Shown here one piece after another: positions 63,776-64,000 of a stretch of 64,000 nt of DNA (position 1 is its first letter; each line of letters begins with the position of its first letter). A program made the position numbers and the translations under genes. The stretch lies in NCBI RefSeq assembly GCF_006345805.1, contig NC_043003.1, forward strand, positions 22,134,001-22,198,000, given 5' to 3'. The notes beneath the pieces are model-generated. The model worked only from the letters and a program-made list of their open reading frames with translations. It was not told the origin of the DNA and ran no database searches. The DNA is from Octopus sinensis. Taxonomy: Eukaryota.

Positions 63776-64000
63776 TTATATATATATTAGGTTTGGAGAT
63801 GATGTACAGGTATTATATATTAGAAGAAATAAAACATTCAGAAATCTGGATGGTTTTATATTTACAGATTTTTATTAATATGTCACATGTTTTTATAAAT
63901 CATATATTGGCGCTTGCATCCACTCCAGTGGATTCTTCAGATTGAATTATATATATTATATATATTTATATATTATATATGTTATATATTATATATTTTT

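Overview
AT-rich, repeat-saturated animal genomic DNA, most likely Octopus or another coleoid cephalopod. This is an inference from the SINE families, the RTE-LINE tails ending in (GAT)n and the very heavy microsatellite load. Most entries in the ORF track are artefacts of microsatellites or of one repeated LINE 3' UTR. Supported content: several tRNA-derived SINE families in dozens of copies, decayed RTE-clade LINEs (reverse transcriptase and APE endonuclease fragments), mariner transposase relics, many MITEs (mariner, hAT with 8-bp TSD, piggyBac with TTAA TSD), Penelope-like palindromic fragments carrying minimal hammerhead ribozyme motifs, and two microsatellite-bounded tandem duplications. 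No host gene can be named. The best host-gene candidates are a 6-nt microexon with consensus splice signals (38436-38441, +), a hairpin-embedded exon (40600-40691, +), a promoter-like CRE/ETS/AP-1 cluster (~54.5 kb) next to a diverged inverted duplication, and a transmembrane-plus-tail coding segment (61763-61961, -). The most interesting signals are the hammerhead-bearing repeats, the microexon, the inverted duplication and promoter near an apparent CpG boundary, and the high density of long inverted repeats (possible dsRNA/ADAR substrates). Repeat boundaries are approximate unless a TSD or TIR is quoted.
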